Below, one piece after another: positions 22,741 to 35,600 of a stretch of 44,438 nucleotides of DNA. Source of the stretch: Raillietiella orientalis (taxonomy: Eukaryota); the NCBI GenBank assembly GCA_036172245.1, contig JAYWIR010000098.1, positions 186,001-230,438 of the forward strand, given 5' to 3'. How positions within the stretch are numbered: position 1 is the stretch's first letter; every line of letters begins with the position of its first letter. Below the pieces are notes generated by a model. The model was not told the DNA's origin, did no database searches, and saw nothing but the letters and a program-made list of their open reading frames with translations. The position numbers and the translations under genes are program-made.

Positions 22741-25317
22741 TTACCGTGCGCCGTGAGCAGGCCTTTGCATCTGGTTTCGTATGCGAACAAGTGTCGGTAA
22801 ATGTTTTTGAAGTCGGCGCCAACGGCCGCCTTTCTCCGAGGAGATCGCTGCCCAGTTGATGGCATTCCGGCTGGTCCTTTCTCTCCTAGACGCAGTCCAC
22901 TTCTCCGGGATACCGCGTATGCAGCAGAGCACTGCTACGCTCCCGGAGGCTGGCAAGCCGTCTAGCGTCAGAAGGCGTATGAATATATTTTTCGGGTCAC
23001 CCTCCCGAATGTTGAGGATCGACGAGAATCTGTCCCACATTTCGTGGAGGGCAACACACTCCAGAATCATGTGGGGAAAGGTCTCCCTTTCCCCGCACTC
23101 TGCACAACTAGCATCCACATTCCCCGATGTCCAGGGAAACAGGCGTGCTCCGCTCAAAAGTCCCCAGTGGAGCAGAAGCAACGCCGTCTCCTGCCACTGC
23201 AGGGGAAGGGTGCAGTTGTCCCATGACGCTGGTGGCCACTTCACCTTCTCCGGAGGTGTACCGAGCAGCGCGCCCCAGCGTAAAAGTCCGTTCGGCGAGG
23301 CACTCGGGGTACTAGCGTCCGCTAGTTCCCTCGGCGTCCACGCCTTCACTGATTTTTTCCTGCCTCCAATGAGGCACGACACTTTCTACGATGCCTGTTG
23401 GTGGCTGTTTCGAACTTCCCCGAGGGAGGGCAGCACTGGGGCAAGGGGGGTGAAGGAAGCCCACAGAAGTTTTCGTGGGTTGGAAACGATCTCCTGGAGT
23501 GGCTGACCAGCGTACCTCCCTCTGCGGAGGCAGAAGTCCTCTTCGCTGGTGCCATTGATCTTCGCCCATGCGGATACGGACTCCTGAAGCCAGGTAGTCC
23601 AGTCCGCTGGGATGCAGGAGATCCAAGGGTTGTCTCCCATCAGAGCAACCAAATCCCGCTATTGATAATTACAATGGTTCAGGCTGCGATCGTTGGCTAC
23701 CAGGATTGAAGTCAATCCGAAGCAGCCGGTTGCCCTGTGAGCAAGAAGTCTTGCTGGTGCACACCAGGGTGCTGTCCAAAACTTTGCCACAAGGGCAAGT
23801 TTTCTGAACTGGAGCTGTCGCTCCATGCGCTCCAACGTCAGGAGACCAAGTCCACCGTCCCTGCGTGGAGCGCACAAGCCTTTGAGCCGGACGCGAGGCC
23901 TCCGGTTGCCCCAGAGGGCTTTACATATAAGGCCCTGAGTCCGTGTCCTTATTTGATAAGGTGTAGGGCACACAAAAGGTAGGAGGCGAAGGAGGGGGGC
24001 CGCGAAAGCGTTCCATACCGTGGCCCGTTCCTGCAAGTGGAACTTGCCGTCCCGGAACGGGCCGATCGCCAGCTCCACCTTTTGTAGACGGTCGGACCAG
24101 GCTTCTGCAGAGCAGAATTCCCCCAACGAAATGCCAAGGTACTTGATGTACCTGCCCGTTGGGATCCCCAAGCGGATCCAGTCAGACCGTCCGGCCCTCG
24201 TCAAGTCGGTGAAAAGGAACGACGATTTCGTCCTGTTTACCTGTAGGCCTGTCCCACGGTATAGCAACTCGAAGAAATTCTCAAGCGCCGATGCCGGGGT
24301 GGACCCGGGAAGCAGGAGCAGAAGATCGTCGGCATAGGTCGACACGGCAAGCGTGCCGGGACACGAGCACGGCAGGGTTGTTAAAGTCTCCCTGTATGCT
24401 CTCAGCACCAACTCAAAGTAGATGCTGGAGAGCAGGGGGCTGAGGCTGTCACCCTGCCGGATGCCACGACGAACCGGCACGCCATACACCTTGTGGCCGC
24501 TAAAAGAGACGGTAATCATCGCATTCCGCCAGCAAGAGCGCAGGTAGGAAATGAGGGAGGGTGGGAAGCCCATGCGACCCAGGAGCTCCAAGAGGAGTTC
24601 CTGGTCCACACAGTCGAACACCTTGTGGAGATCGACTGAGAGCGCTAGGGCCCCCTTCCCCGCTTGGGGGTCCCTTCCCAGCCCGACTGGCGGCCCCAAT
24701 GTGGGGTTTCCGACTTTCCCTATCCCTTTCTTCTCTCTTCTCTGCAGGTGCACCCATGTGCTTGCGAAGAAGAGCTTGGCATCCATACTTCGCCCGGGAA
24801 CAGAATAAGTCTGCTCCGGGCTAATTACGGATTCTGCCACCTGCCCCAGACGCGAAGCCCATAGCCCTGCTATCAACTTGGCGTCCGTATTCACGATCGT
24901 GATCGGACGCCAGTTCTTTAAATTCCTGAGGTCTCCCCCTTTCGGAAGGAGCCTCACTCTGGCTGACCGAAACGAGGCGGGAACATCGCCTTCGTCTCGG
25001 ATCAGCCTTGTCAGCTGAAGCAGAAGGGGTGCCAGCTCTTCCGCGAAGCTCTGATAGAACTCCGCGGGCAAGCCGTCTTCCCCTAGAGCTTTACGCCTCT
25101 TGAGCCTTTTGATACCGGCGACAATTTCGCCGGTGGTAAAAGGCTCGTCAAGGCTTTCCATCTCCTCCTCCCCTATTGCCGGGGCGCCATCCTGAAGCAA
25201 GCGCCGAGAGGCGTTTCGATCCGGGGGCTCCCTGGAGTAAAGGGAGGAATAAAAACTCCGCACGAGATGCCGTACCAACGCCGGGGACGAACATTCCCGG
25301 CCCTGGTTGTCCAGCAA
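22741..25317 (-). pseudogene. ORF2 reverse transcriptase and C-terminal CCHC domain; one frame broken by two stops
   Basis: ORFs 23659-25317, 23386-23652 and 22741-23382 share a frame. LLPKGGDLRNLKNWRPI and EQTYSVPGRS resemble Xenopus Tx1 ORF2 as recalled. Also RGIRQGDSLSP, STYADDL, KYLG, DGGLG, CAECGERETFPHMILEC. Confidence 0.93.
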
Positions 25318-25783
25318 GCTAGCCGACCCGGATTGTCAGGCTTGGCGTTCGGCCCCGGCGTGGTACTCGGCCAGGCGACGGACATTAGTGGTTCTCTCGT
25401 ACTTACGAGCCAAGAATGTTTACCGCTGGGGGCGTGCACATTCGTGACGATCAGATCGGTCTAGTCGGACCAGCTGAGAATCAGCTGTCCGATCGGACCG
25501 TCGTCATCGAAGCGCACGCCCTTCACGACAGCGTCGATGGCCGGCTACACAAAGAACGCGACCTCGCAGTTGTTGCGGATGCTGCATTGCCAGTACACCC
25601 GCCCACCCGCGATCGTCTCGATTCCCCGGACGTCTGCCGCGATGATCACGTGGATCTCCTGCAGCAGGGCCAGATCGTGCACACGCAGGGTGTCGGCCGT
25701 ATCTCGCCTGTTACCGTCGTCGCGCATCCCGTTGACGTTCCAACAGGCGGCGCGAATCCGACGGCGCCTGGAGAGCCCAGGTG

Positions 25784-27410
25784 TTACTCTTGGGAAGATG
25801 GCACTACGGCGTCCGCCACCTGCTGGGTCGGGACGCTGGGTGGAGGAGGAGGGTCAGGTGCTGAGGGCACCTGGTCCCTCTCCACCATAGGTAACGGCGC
25901 GTCAAGCGGGTCACCCACAGGTGGGGTAGCGCCTACCTCTTCGCCCTCCTCCATGGGGGCGGACTGTTCAGGGTCGGCACCTGCAGGGGGGACTTCACCC
26001 CCCTGTTCACCCTCCTCCATGGGGATGGCCGGTCCGACGGTTTCCGAGCGTGGGAATTCCTACTCCGAACTTCCCACGCTGGCGACGGCTTCCGTCTTCT
26101 CCTCCTGGCTCGTGGAGGGGAGGCGCCTTCTGGGCCTCTGGGACTTGCGTCCCGACTTCCTGGAGGATGTACTTCCGGCCCCCTGGTTTAACTCACCTGT
26201 GGGGGCCTTCGCCGGAGCCGTCCTACGCACGGCCTTGCGTGAGGGGTTCTCACGCTCGGCCAGCGTGACCGCGAGCTCCTCCGCCGCCTGCGCGAACGCG
26301 GCGTCCGCGGTTTCGACCGCCGCGATGTCGCGCGGCTTACCCTCTGTGTAAACAGAGGGTTCGCCGTCGCGAGCCTGGACGCGGCGGAAACGGCGAGGGG
26401 AGGATCGTCGCTCTGGGTGGCAACCTCGGGAACGACGATGCGTTCTAGTGCCACAGTGTACTCGCGCAGAGTTTTCGAGCGCGGGCCGGGTTTTTTCGGC
26501 TTACCGGCCGTCTTCCGCTGTTTTTTCTCCGCGGGTTGGAGTTTCTTTGGCTTTCTGGCCTCTGCAAGCTGCCACCCCTCTTCGCCTTCCATCGTTTCGG
26601 AAGGTTAATCCTCCGGCTTACGCGCCGGAGTTTAAGGTGTTGGCAGCTTGTGCTGGCCCTTTTCCGCTTTAGTTCTAGAGACCTTTGGTGCGCGTTTCCC
26701 CTGAGCTTTTTTTGCGGCAAAGGGAACCGGGGTGGGGCGTTTGGGGCACACGCGCCGAACGTGGCCCCGCTCCCCGCACACATGGCATTGTATGTCAAGA
26801 CACCGTTTACGTAGGTGTCCCACGGTATCACAATGCTCGCAATACCGGAGCTTCCCTACATACCGCAGTTCGACGTTTTCTTGTGCCACCTGTAGTTTGT
26901 GGGGAGGCCCACAATTCTCCTTTACGGTGACCCGTGCTGCAGCCTGACCACCAAAAAGGCTATCGAACCCGTCGAAAATGGTGGGTTTCGGCCACAGTGC
27001 GTGCACCACACCGAACTTACGTAGTTCCTCACCAAGCGCTGACCGCGTCTTGCGGCTGGTGATGCCGGTCATGTGGACCACCACGGAGCGGTCCATTGAC
27101 ACTAGCAGGATCTTGCGGCCGTCTACGTTCAGCGGCGCATGGATTAGGCGGTGAGCCAAGGTGACGTCTTTGCAGACCACCTCGACCCGCTGCCCGCCGC
27201 TGAGGACGGAGAGGCCGTCCAGATCCTTCTTTGTGACATTCACGTCCTTCAACGCTTTGCTGAAAGCGCGCGCTCTTCGGCCGTCGAACAAGTTGCCTAC
27301 CTGGTAGACAAGCGATGGCTTGTACCCGGACGCCTTGTATGCGGCCATCTCCGCCATGGCTTCCGCGCTGAGCGCAGCCACCATGGCGCTGCATGTCCTC
27401 GGCATGGCCG
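25784..27410 (-). pseudogene. Type-A ORF1 (two CCHC knuckles), frameshifted
   Basis: Segments in ORFs 26632-27867, 26188-26592 and 25784-26020. Confidence 0.88.
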
Positions 27411-27519
27411 GAGATGATTCCGGGGCGGCTGCGCCTGCTCCAGTAGGCTGTGAGGGCGAACGACACGAAAGCTGCGTTAACGAAACGTAAGTCGTCCACG
27501 GCCACAGCACGCTGAAAGC

Positions 27520-27965
27520 ACCTGCTCTCTCCAAGCCGCCACGATTACACGAATGCATCACAGCACTGCTATACACGCAACCGGGGGCAAGGCGGCACGA
27601 GAGAACAGGCGCCTGAAAATGTCCCTGGTATCGCCTCTGCCAATGTCCCCTCTGGATCGTCGTTGGACGATTCCAGAAGGGACGGAGGGCGATGCAGTCC
27701 ACAAGAAGGTGAAGGAATGTCTCTTGGTCCCCGCACCGGTCGCAGAGGTCATCCACACTTTCGCGTGTCCTGTGAGTTGGGCGTGCTTTGCACTGGAGTC
27801 CACAATGTAGGACGAGCAACGCAGCCTGCTGCCACTTCATGGGAAAGGGGCCACTGTTCCAGCACATTGGGGGCTACTTCACCTCCTCTGGAGGTAATCC
27901 GAGTAGGTCGCCCCAGCGTAAAAGAGCATTAGGCGGGACACTCGGGGTCGCATCGTCCGAGATGT
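27520..27965 (-). mobile_element. LINE ORF2 C-terminal fragment
   Basis: PMKWQQAALLVLHCGLQC..CDRCGDQETFLHLLVDCIALRP in the first part of ORF 26632-27867. Confidence 0.85.
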
Positions 27966-28136
27966 CCCCGCCTTGATTGGGTGAGTCCTGCCGTCGATGA
28001 CTCAAAACACTTCCAAGTTTCCCTGTTCTTGGCTATTCCTGGAGTTCACTCGATGCCTCGTCCGTATTTTCTGATATTGTCTCGTGTTATTTCCGAAGAC
28101 AAGTGTATTCTTTCGTGAGACTTAGAATTCTAAAAA

Positions 28137-28760
28137 ATGAAGTCAAAAGTAGGACACCAAAACCTTCAGACTTTCTTTAGTAGAGGCAGAGACAATATTC
28201 AAGAGAAAAGTAGTGATGGTGCCAAAAGTATGCCAAGTACTATTGCCTCAAGTTCAAAAGAAACAAAGAAAAGAAAATACGTTGAAGCTTTGGAATGTGC
28301 AATACAAACCAAAAAGAGAAAAGGAAACTTTGTTAGGCATTTCAACAAGGACTGTTTAACGCAAGGGTTTCATTGTAGCCCGTGGAAGTGAACTATGGCC
28401 ACAGTCTTGGTGTGTAATATGTTCCCAAATCCTGACGCTATGAAGACTTCGAACTCGCTTGTCAATGGCATTCCAAGCATGATGATTTTACTGATAAGCC
28501 ACTGGAGTTTTTTCAATGATTGTGTGACCAGAAGAAAAGTCAGAAAACTCAAACGAAAATGATGATGACTAGATGACTGATGACTAGTGACAAGTTGTTG
28601 CTTGGAGCGTCTTATTCAGCTGCTCTTCGATTAGCTAAAACGAGGAAACCGTTTACTATTGGTGAGGAGTTAGAAAAGCCTTGCATCTTAGATGTCGTGC
28701 AAGAAATATTGGGTCCTCGAGCCACTAAAAAACTGAAGGCTATATCGCTTTCGTACTGAT
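28137..28760 (+). pseudogene. hAT (Buster/Charlie/SPIN-type, ZBED5/SCAND3-like) transposase N-terminal remnant
   Basis: From 28607: ASYSAALRLAKTRKPFTIGEELEKPCILDVVQEILGPRATKKLKAISLS; upstream BED-finger remnants LVC..DAMKTS..KHDDFTDKPLEFF; stops and frameshifts. Confidence 0.85.
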
Positions 28761-31239
28761 GTGGCCACCGATATTGAAAAGTGATGCTGCTGGAGTGAAA
28801 GGCGATGTAATCAGAACAACCTTCAGAAGTCCTTAACATCCTCAAGATCATTGCTCCTTTTTATCTACAAATCATAATTAACTTCGTGAGCTTGTGAGTC
28901 TGCATTTCGCTTTCAAATGGATTTACGTGCTCGTCTACTTTTGTTTTCTAGCGGCGTTCCGGGATCCATAAATATAAATTATGACACGCACACACACCTT
29001 TATTGAATGTAGGTCCCTCAGCTCTTCACTGTCGTATTTAAATCCTGATGTTATAAAGTCAAATAAATATGACTGATATACTTTGAATGAGAAAAATCAC
29101 TGTAACTCCTTTAGAGTGCACTTCCTGAATGAAGGGCATCCGGATGCGGGTTCAGTGTGTAACATATCTGGTGACGAGATGTAAGAGCACAAACGTTCTT
29201 CAGGAACACAGGTTTGGGATTAATTCTCTGGAAAAAATGCAGCTTGAATCGAGAACTTTCGTAAAAAAGATTCCTGGAAATGTTATTTTCAAAAGTGTCC
29301 TCATCTTTGTGTTGTTGGTACAGCAAGCCCTGTAAAGGCAAAGGCTTACCACATACAATAGCAATTGGTTTTTAGGAATTTATGTTCTTCGGTAATTGAT
29401 CTGTTGGATCATTGCCTCATCCACACAGAAGGGATGAATCTCATGAATTGAATTTCAATGCCCTGGATTTGAGCATTTCTTTATTGATTTGATCGCATCT
29501 CATATTAATGAGTTTTTCGTTTCGCATTAGAGCACTCATAAAGGAATGCCATTTTTTCTGAATTTTAGTGTTTTGTAGAATTGAGTGCTACTGTATGTGG
29601 AGAAGAAAGTGGAAGTTGTTGCTTGGAATAAATGAATAAGAAAGAAAGTAGGCTGATCCAAGATTCTTTAGAAAGAAAAATCTTGAAAGAAAAGCAATAT
29701 TTCAATTTTTCTCAAGACAACGGATGAAAGACCAAGGACCTCATCCACTTGGGAGAACATTTAAAACCTCCTCGGGATAAGTAAGTGTGGACTTTCTGGA
29801 AAAACATGCAAGAAGGCTTTGCGTTGCCTGTTTAAGACTAGGAAATTTTGTAACCAAAGAACGTCGACATTTACGAAAGGGCCACGTTGTCAGTTTTCCA
29901 AGCTCATCTTCTCCAAGCAGCGAAGAAATTTGAGCACATGAAAAATCCCTCATCTAGACAGCAGGACAGCTATCTGTAGCAAAAGTGGGATCCGATCCAG
30001 TCAACTTTTTATCCGAGGCGTCTGCTTTCCCTGTTTCACAGATCAGGATGCTACGCGTGCTCACAATCTGGAGATTCCCTTCTTCCAGAAGAAGGCAGCT
30101 GTTAGCTACTCCGTCATTACATCTTCCTTGACCTCTCTGTATATGCGAAAAACGAAAAATCGTCTGAAGTGCTGTGAAATTTCCGTACACTTTGTGAACA
30201 TTGATCTGTGAAACCCTGCGGATTCACAGAGAGATGATTTTGAAAGGTAGAAAAAGCTTCCTTAACCAATGTGTACTGTTTTTAACCGATTCTTTGTAAT
30301 CATAGCATGGATTGTTCTTGTCAGTGGTATTGCTTTGGTCAATTGCTTCGCGGTGAGAAAAGCTACACTTAACATCTGGTTTGACCGGTGATTGGTTTAG
30401 GAATCTTGAAAGAATCCTGAGAAAATGCTCCTCCAAAGCACGTTGGAACAGAAGTAATGGTCACAGACATCTCCAGAGCACACAGTAAAGAAGTTTCAAC
30501 CTTTCGCATGTAAACTATGCTTTCCTGCTCTGTCCCATTCCCAGGCATATGAGAATGGCCAGTAATGAGGAACAATTGAGTAGGTACAGGTACAGCATGA
30601 AACTACCGTTAGAAAAATATTTATTGATGTGTATGCAGCAAACGTTCCCAAACCCAAAGTGCTATTGGGAAAAGGTTTTCTCGATAGATTGTCAGTTTTT
30701 CCCTCAATGATCCGGAATTCGCGTTTGCAAGATCATTGAAACAAGAGGATGAGTAGGATTCTCGAACCCCAATTGTTTTATTGCCAGGTTTTAAATGGAA
30801 CAATTTTTTTTCTTTAATTGATAAAATCTGTGGTTAATTGAAATATCACAGAAATAAAAAATTTAGGAACTGAAATAGAAATGAATGAATTTAAGAACTG
30901 AACAAAGATTGATTGGGGATCGATAGCAAAGACGCAGTTTGAATAAATAGAGATGCTACTACATCTGAAGCACTGCGCAAATAGATCAAGACCAGTTCTT
31001 GTTCCATGGATCAAGAAAACTAAGTTTTAAGTGTAATTCTTGATATTACAGAATAATTCCTTCTCTGTGTGAGCTTGGTACCCCTCTCCGAGCAACAGAT
31101 GTCACAATAGCACCGTATCCGTCGAGTGCTTCCCTTATCGCTCTCAAGAAGCAAAAATCATTAAGTACACGAATTCACTTATGCATCCATCCTTTAACCA
31201 ATTTATTAATGAATTCTTCAATGGTATCATAATTTAGAA

Positions 31240-32085
31240 CATTTTAAAAGTGGGAGTACAAAATAACCATCTCTGGAAAAAAGAATAAGCAAGAAGAGCG
31301 GAGGACGGGCCACTGAACAGACGCTGCGATTCCGAGTGCGACTCCCAATGGACTTCTGCGCGGAGGAGCGCTGCTCGATGTTCCAATTGTACATCAGAAG
31401 TGGCCCTTCCCTTCCGACGGCAGGAGTCGGCACTACTGTTGAAGCATTGGGGACTCCCCCGCAACGCCCTCCGACACCACTGGACCTGGGGAGCGGTGAA
31501 TCCCAATTATGTTGGCTGTGGTGAACGGGAGTCCCTCCTCCACCTCCTTGTGGATTGTGTTGCACTTCGGCACCATTCCTTCCGCTTTGCTGCGGACGTC
31601 GGTATCTCCTGCGGCAACCCCAGGGACGCATTGAAAGCCGTCTTCGTTAACTACGACCTTCGGTCAACGGCCTCAATAGCAGCCTAGGGCTGCCTTCGCG
31701 GGATCGTCGACGCATAGAGCCCCGCTACGGGAAAACCACGCGATGAGGAGGCCATCCAAGGAGCCGCCCATTTCCAGAGGACGGCGTCGCGATGGTCACA
31801 CCTCGTTACGCGAGAACAAGAAAACCTTGCAGACATCCTGAGAAGGATGCAACGGCCCAGCAAAAACAGTGATCCCTTCCGGTTCACTTTTTTCATTTTT
31901 GTTTTGTTTTCTGTCTTTCCACCTTACCCCTGCTGCCTTTGTGAACCGAACCGGTCTGAGGACCGACAACCGGTGATCCGGCTGGCTTTGAGTTTCTTCG
32001 AGCGTCGTTGGAGCATGGCTCCACCCACTGACGTCTTTCTTAAAGTATATTTTTAAATAACGCCACGGCGAAATCCGCGTAAAAA
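31240..32085 (+). mobile_element. 5'-truncated LINE 3' fragment inserted in AT-rich DNA
   Basis: ORF 31400-31687 (QESALLLKHWGLP..CGERESLLHLLVDC); GTGATCCC, T-rich UTR, AAATAA, hairpin and AAAAA at 32055-32085. Confidence 0.85.
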
Positions 32086-32149
32086 TCCAATGATTCTCGC
32101 AAGTCGACTGCGACCGCATCAACGATAACCCTATACCCTCATTCCACAC

Positions 32150-32610
32150 TGCATATTCTACCACTGAAGGCCGCTCTGAAATTCGGGTGGCGACCGTGTT
32201 CCTTATATTCACTGTACCTCTCTACAACCGACTCCAGGTTACTGCCCAGGAACTCGAGTCTCTCGGACACCACCATGTGCAAACAGGATGTTTGCCCGCT
32301 TTTGCTAAACGCGGAATTCCGGTGCAATCAGTACAAACAGCGGTTTTGCAAAGGGAGATGCATCAAAAAGTTCGTGTTGGTCTACAGCGCTCTCGCGGAC
32401 ATTCGACGGGCACCCTCGTCCCCGTCACTTCATCAGAAGGACCACCTCCCCTTATCTTGCGTGAGACAAGCTGCAGAGAGTTTCCGAGTAAGGCGGGCCC
32501 AAACAAAAGCCACGATCGCGACGGGATGCTGCATCAGAGGCATCGTCGGCACAGACCGCTCCGTGATAGCGTCTATCACTCTCAACGACACCCGTACACC
32601 CTGACAGCAG
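32150..32610 (+). mobile_element. Highly degraded LINE C-terminal remnant
   Basis: ORF 32275-32604: LLLNAEFRCN and ATIATGCCIRGIV resemble LLLHWGLPCN and ASLAVLCCVRGIV. Confidence 0.55.
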
Positions 32611-35600
32611 CATCATAGCGAGCACGGGTGTAGGGTGGCCTTACGCCATGTAAAATACAAATTTCCGCTGCATTTATGTTCTCAACCGCAACCAATATCC
32701 CTGAAGAAATGATTCCAATTTTTTCAAAAATAATAGCTATCCTACAACTGCCAGTATCTAAAACATTCGTATACTATGCTTTTCCCCAGGAGCCACTACG
32801 AAAAGAAACAAGAACAGGAGTATGTAAGTTCCGGATTCTCAATTCATTGCACCTGCTCCACGTATTTTCCTTTCCAGTCCCGGAAGTCTACATGAATTTT
32901 CACAAACGCGTAAGAAAAACGCTAAGCACCCCTATCTATCTAAGGGACAGTGAATACTCAGCAAGGAAAATGTAGAAAAGTTGAAAATCAATGGAGAGGA
33001 ATATTGCCATTTCTTTTCTTAAGGAATGAGTTGACTAAATTCTCAGCATGTGAAGAAAAGCCTGGAGTTACATGGGAATTATTCCAGGAGATGCAAACAC
33101 GAAGCAGAGTGGAATTCAGCGAGAATCGTACAAACTGACCAATTTTTTTGGTCTTCTTTGGAATGTACCTTCCGAAGTCTTTCCGAGGTGCACATTATTT
33201 TGGCAGCAGGAAATCACGAAGACGAATAGAAAAATCTTTATTTTAGACTGCAATCCAGACCTTTATTTCCAGACTGTAATCTGAAAATTCTCGAAATCAG
33301 AATATGGAATAACGGGGGAACATATGGCTGTGTTCGAATGGAAGCCAATTATTTTCCGTCTTGTATGCGTGCTTATACTTGCATCTGCATCACAGTCCTG
33401 CAGAATTGCCACCTGTACATCTCTCAGTGCATGCGCAACTACGAGCAAGTGTGGTTGCTATAGCTATTGCTCTTATGTGTGCCTTCATACTAAAGAGTTA
33501 AGATTAAAACGCTTTTTCAAAATGAAATTACTGTAACTGAACAATAATCATGTTGATAATGAAATAAACTTGGTGTCTCGGCGTCCCGAGCTCCCTTTTC
33601 GAGATGCGTTTCAGCATGGCACGCATACCGGTGGAGTCTCTGTTACTTTAATCACACGCAATAGCAGTCATGAACGTTTAAAGTTCGTTTGCTGCACATG
33701 TTGCAATAATATGACAGTAACAGGATTGTTTCCAAGAAAAAATAAAAAGAAAAAGTACATCTTTATGATTTCCTATCCAGGAAAGTCTAGCAGACGGCTA
33801 AAGTGGTACTTACAAAATTCGGTTTTCCGAAGCCGAACACCACCGTACTGTGTTAATAGAATCCATGATGTCAAAGTGGTAGATGATTTTAGAAGCAAGC
33901 GGATTCAAAAAGCTAGGAATTTACATTCCAGTAGTCGTATTTTGCTGGAGTTACATGACTTCGCTTACCGTAGATCATTTGTGTGAGCTTTCTGTTTGAG
34001 AGCACCTATGTATTTCCTCCACGGCACCGCTGCTCCGCAAAGAAGGCGATCGCTGGGTAATTCACACGAAATAAAGCGAAAGATATTGTTTGCCAAATGT
34101 GCACCGAAAAGCATCGTTCCAGATTTTGCGAATGATGAAGTGTGGAAAGGCCGCAGAATCAGCATTTCACAGTCCAGTGGATATCCTGGGTGCATTGATA
34201 TATATCCTCAAAATCTGTACGAATCATTGCTTCCTCGCCACTGTGGCAATTACCGTGTGTGCGCCACTGACTACCAATCAAGTCAACCTAGTCATTTTTG
34301 GAAGACGTATCCCAGGAGTCAACTGACTGGACCGTTGAATGGACCAGGAACGAGAGCAAGGACTGAAGCCTACAAAGTAAAAAGTACAATTATGAGGATC
34401 GGATGATCATAGAAATGTATGGTGATTTCCTTCTGAATCATCACGTCAGGTAGCACATCAGTTAAGTCTTTTCAATATTCTTGTGCCATCCAATATTATG
34501 GCATCTCAGTTGAATCGCTCGTCCGCACAGCCAATTCACTTGTGCGCCAGGAACAGCCTTTCGTTTAATCGACTATCGTTCTTTAAGTGTCTCACTGTCT
34601 CTGGTCGATTCCTGCAGACATGCTCGGCAAATCTAATTCCCAAAAGGCTGTTGGCCTACATATGCATAATGTCATTTAATTCCAGTACAGATTTCCGAGT
34701 CGTTCCCAAATCAGCGAAATAATGGAAGTTTATCTTATGAACGCAGCTGTCTGCATCGACCTCACATTTCTTTGATTAATGCAGGTGCTACGACGATCTA
34801 CAAAAAGGTCAGGCGATTGCAAAAATTGAAAAGTAGCTATTCACGAATGAACCCAATTTCATATGTAGAACTGACCATTACAAAAGAAGAATGGAAACAT
34901 TCAAATTTGCAATACTCCTAAGTATTATCCCTGAAATGTTTTCGATTTTTTTCCCTCCTTTGGATTATTCCTCCATGCTAGATTAAGAGTCAATCCACAA
35001 TTCACATTTTTCTGTCCGCTTCTAAGCTTCCCTTACTATCCGCCATTAAAGTATCTCTATTTGATACATTTCTTCAATTAAAATCAGGTATCTCAGTGAC
35101 ATTGCAAGTGTATGAATTGTCTTCTGTGACTTCTCACTACAGTCGTGTGTATCTGTGATAGTACGAACACAATTTCTTGCTCGAAACCCACTATTCAGTG
35201 ACAATACATTGACCCAGATATCAAATGAATTTGTGAACAATCAGCAATTTTTCCAAAAAGTGCTGCTTATTTTCGATGTTTGCGGTCCTCATAAGTACTC
35301 AGAACCAAAATGTGAGCGAAGAAGGTGCAGAGAATTAACTGTCGTTTCCATCGTAATCTTGCTTAGAAATCTATGACTAGGACTCCAACTTATTGATTGC
35401 TAAATAGTGTTGATATTCGTGGGTTTCCTTTTTTTCCCTTCCGAGAAGATGTTAACAAGGAAAGGTAAGCTTTCTTTCTCACTCATATCTTTATGAGTAT
35501 AACAAAATAGCAACTTTTCTGTGGAAAAGTTGGACTTCCCTTTGTCACCGGAACACTTATTTCTTTATAATAGTCGGATGTCTCAGAGATGAGCATGAAA

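Larger units (their letters stand above)
22476..27490 (-). mobile_element. Near full-length type-A Tx1-clade LINE with an internal deletion of the APE C-half
   Basis: ORF1 ~27410-25784 (CEHCDTVGHLRKRC, CHVCGERGHVRRVC); APE 25750-25415; RT and C-terminus; AATAAA on minus at 22501-22506; hairpin and A5 tail. Confidence 0.93.

Noticed and set aside
26632..27867. 411-aa ORF fusing an ORF2 C-terminal finger to ORF1
   Set aside because: Chance read-through across the junction of two fragments; the intervening part is out of frame with the ORF2 homology.
28559..28591. Short GATGACT(A) repeat
   Set aside because: Local slippage duplication inside the hAT relic; not CRISPR-like.
31205..31220. Possible TSD AATGA(A)TTCT for the 31240-32085 insertion
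   Set aside because: Imperfect, short, in AT-rich DNA, and the 5' boundary is uncertain.
33570..34406. ORFs faintly reminiscent of Tc1 or Harbinger transposases
   Set aside because: No convincing DDE motifs or terminal repeats.
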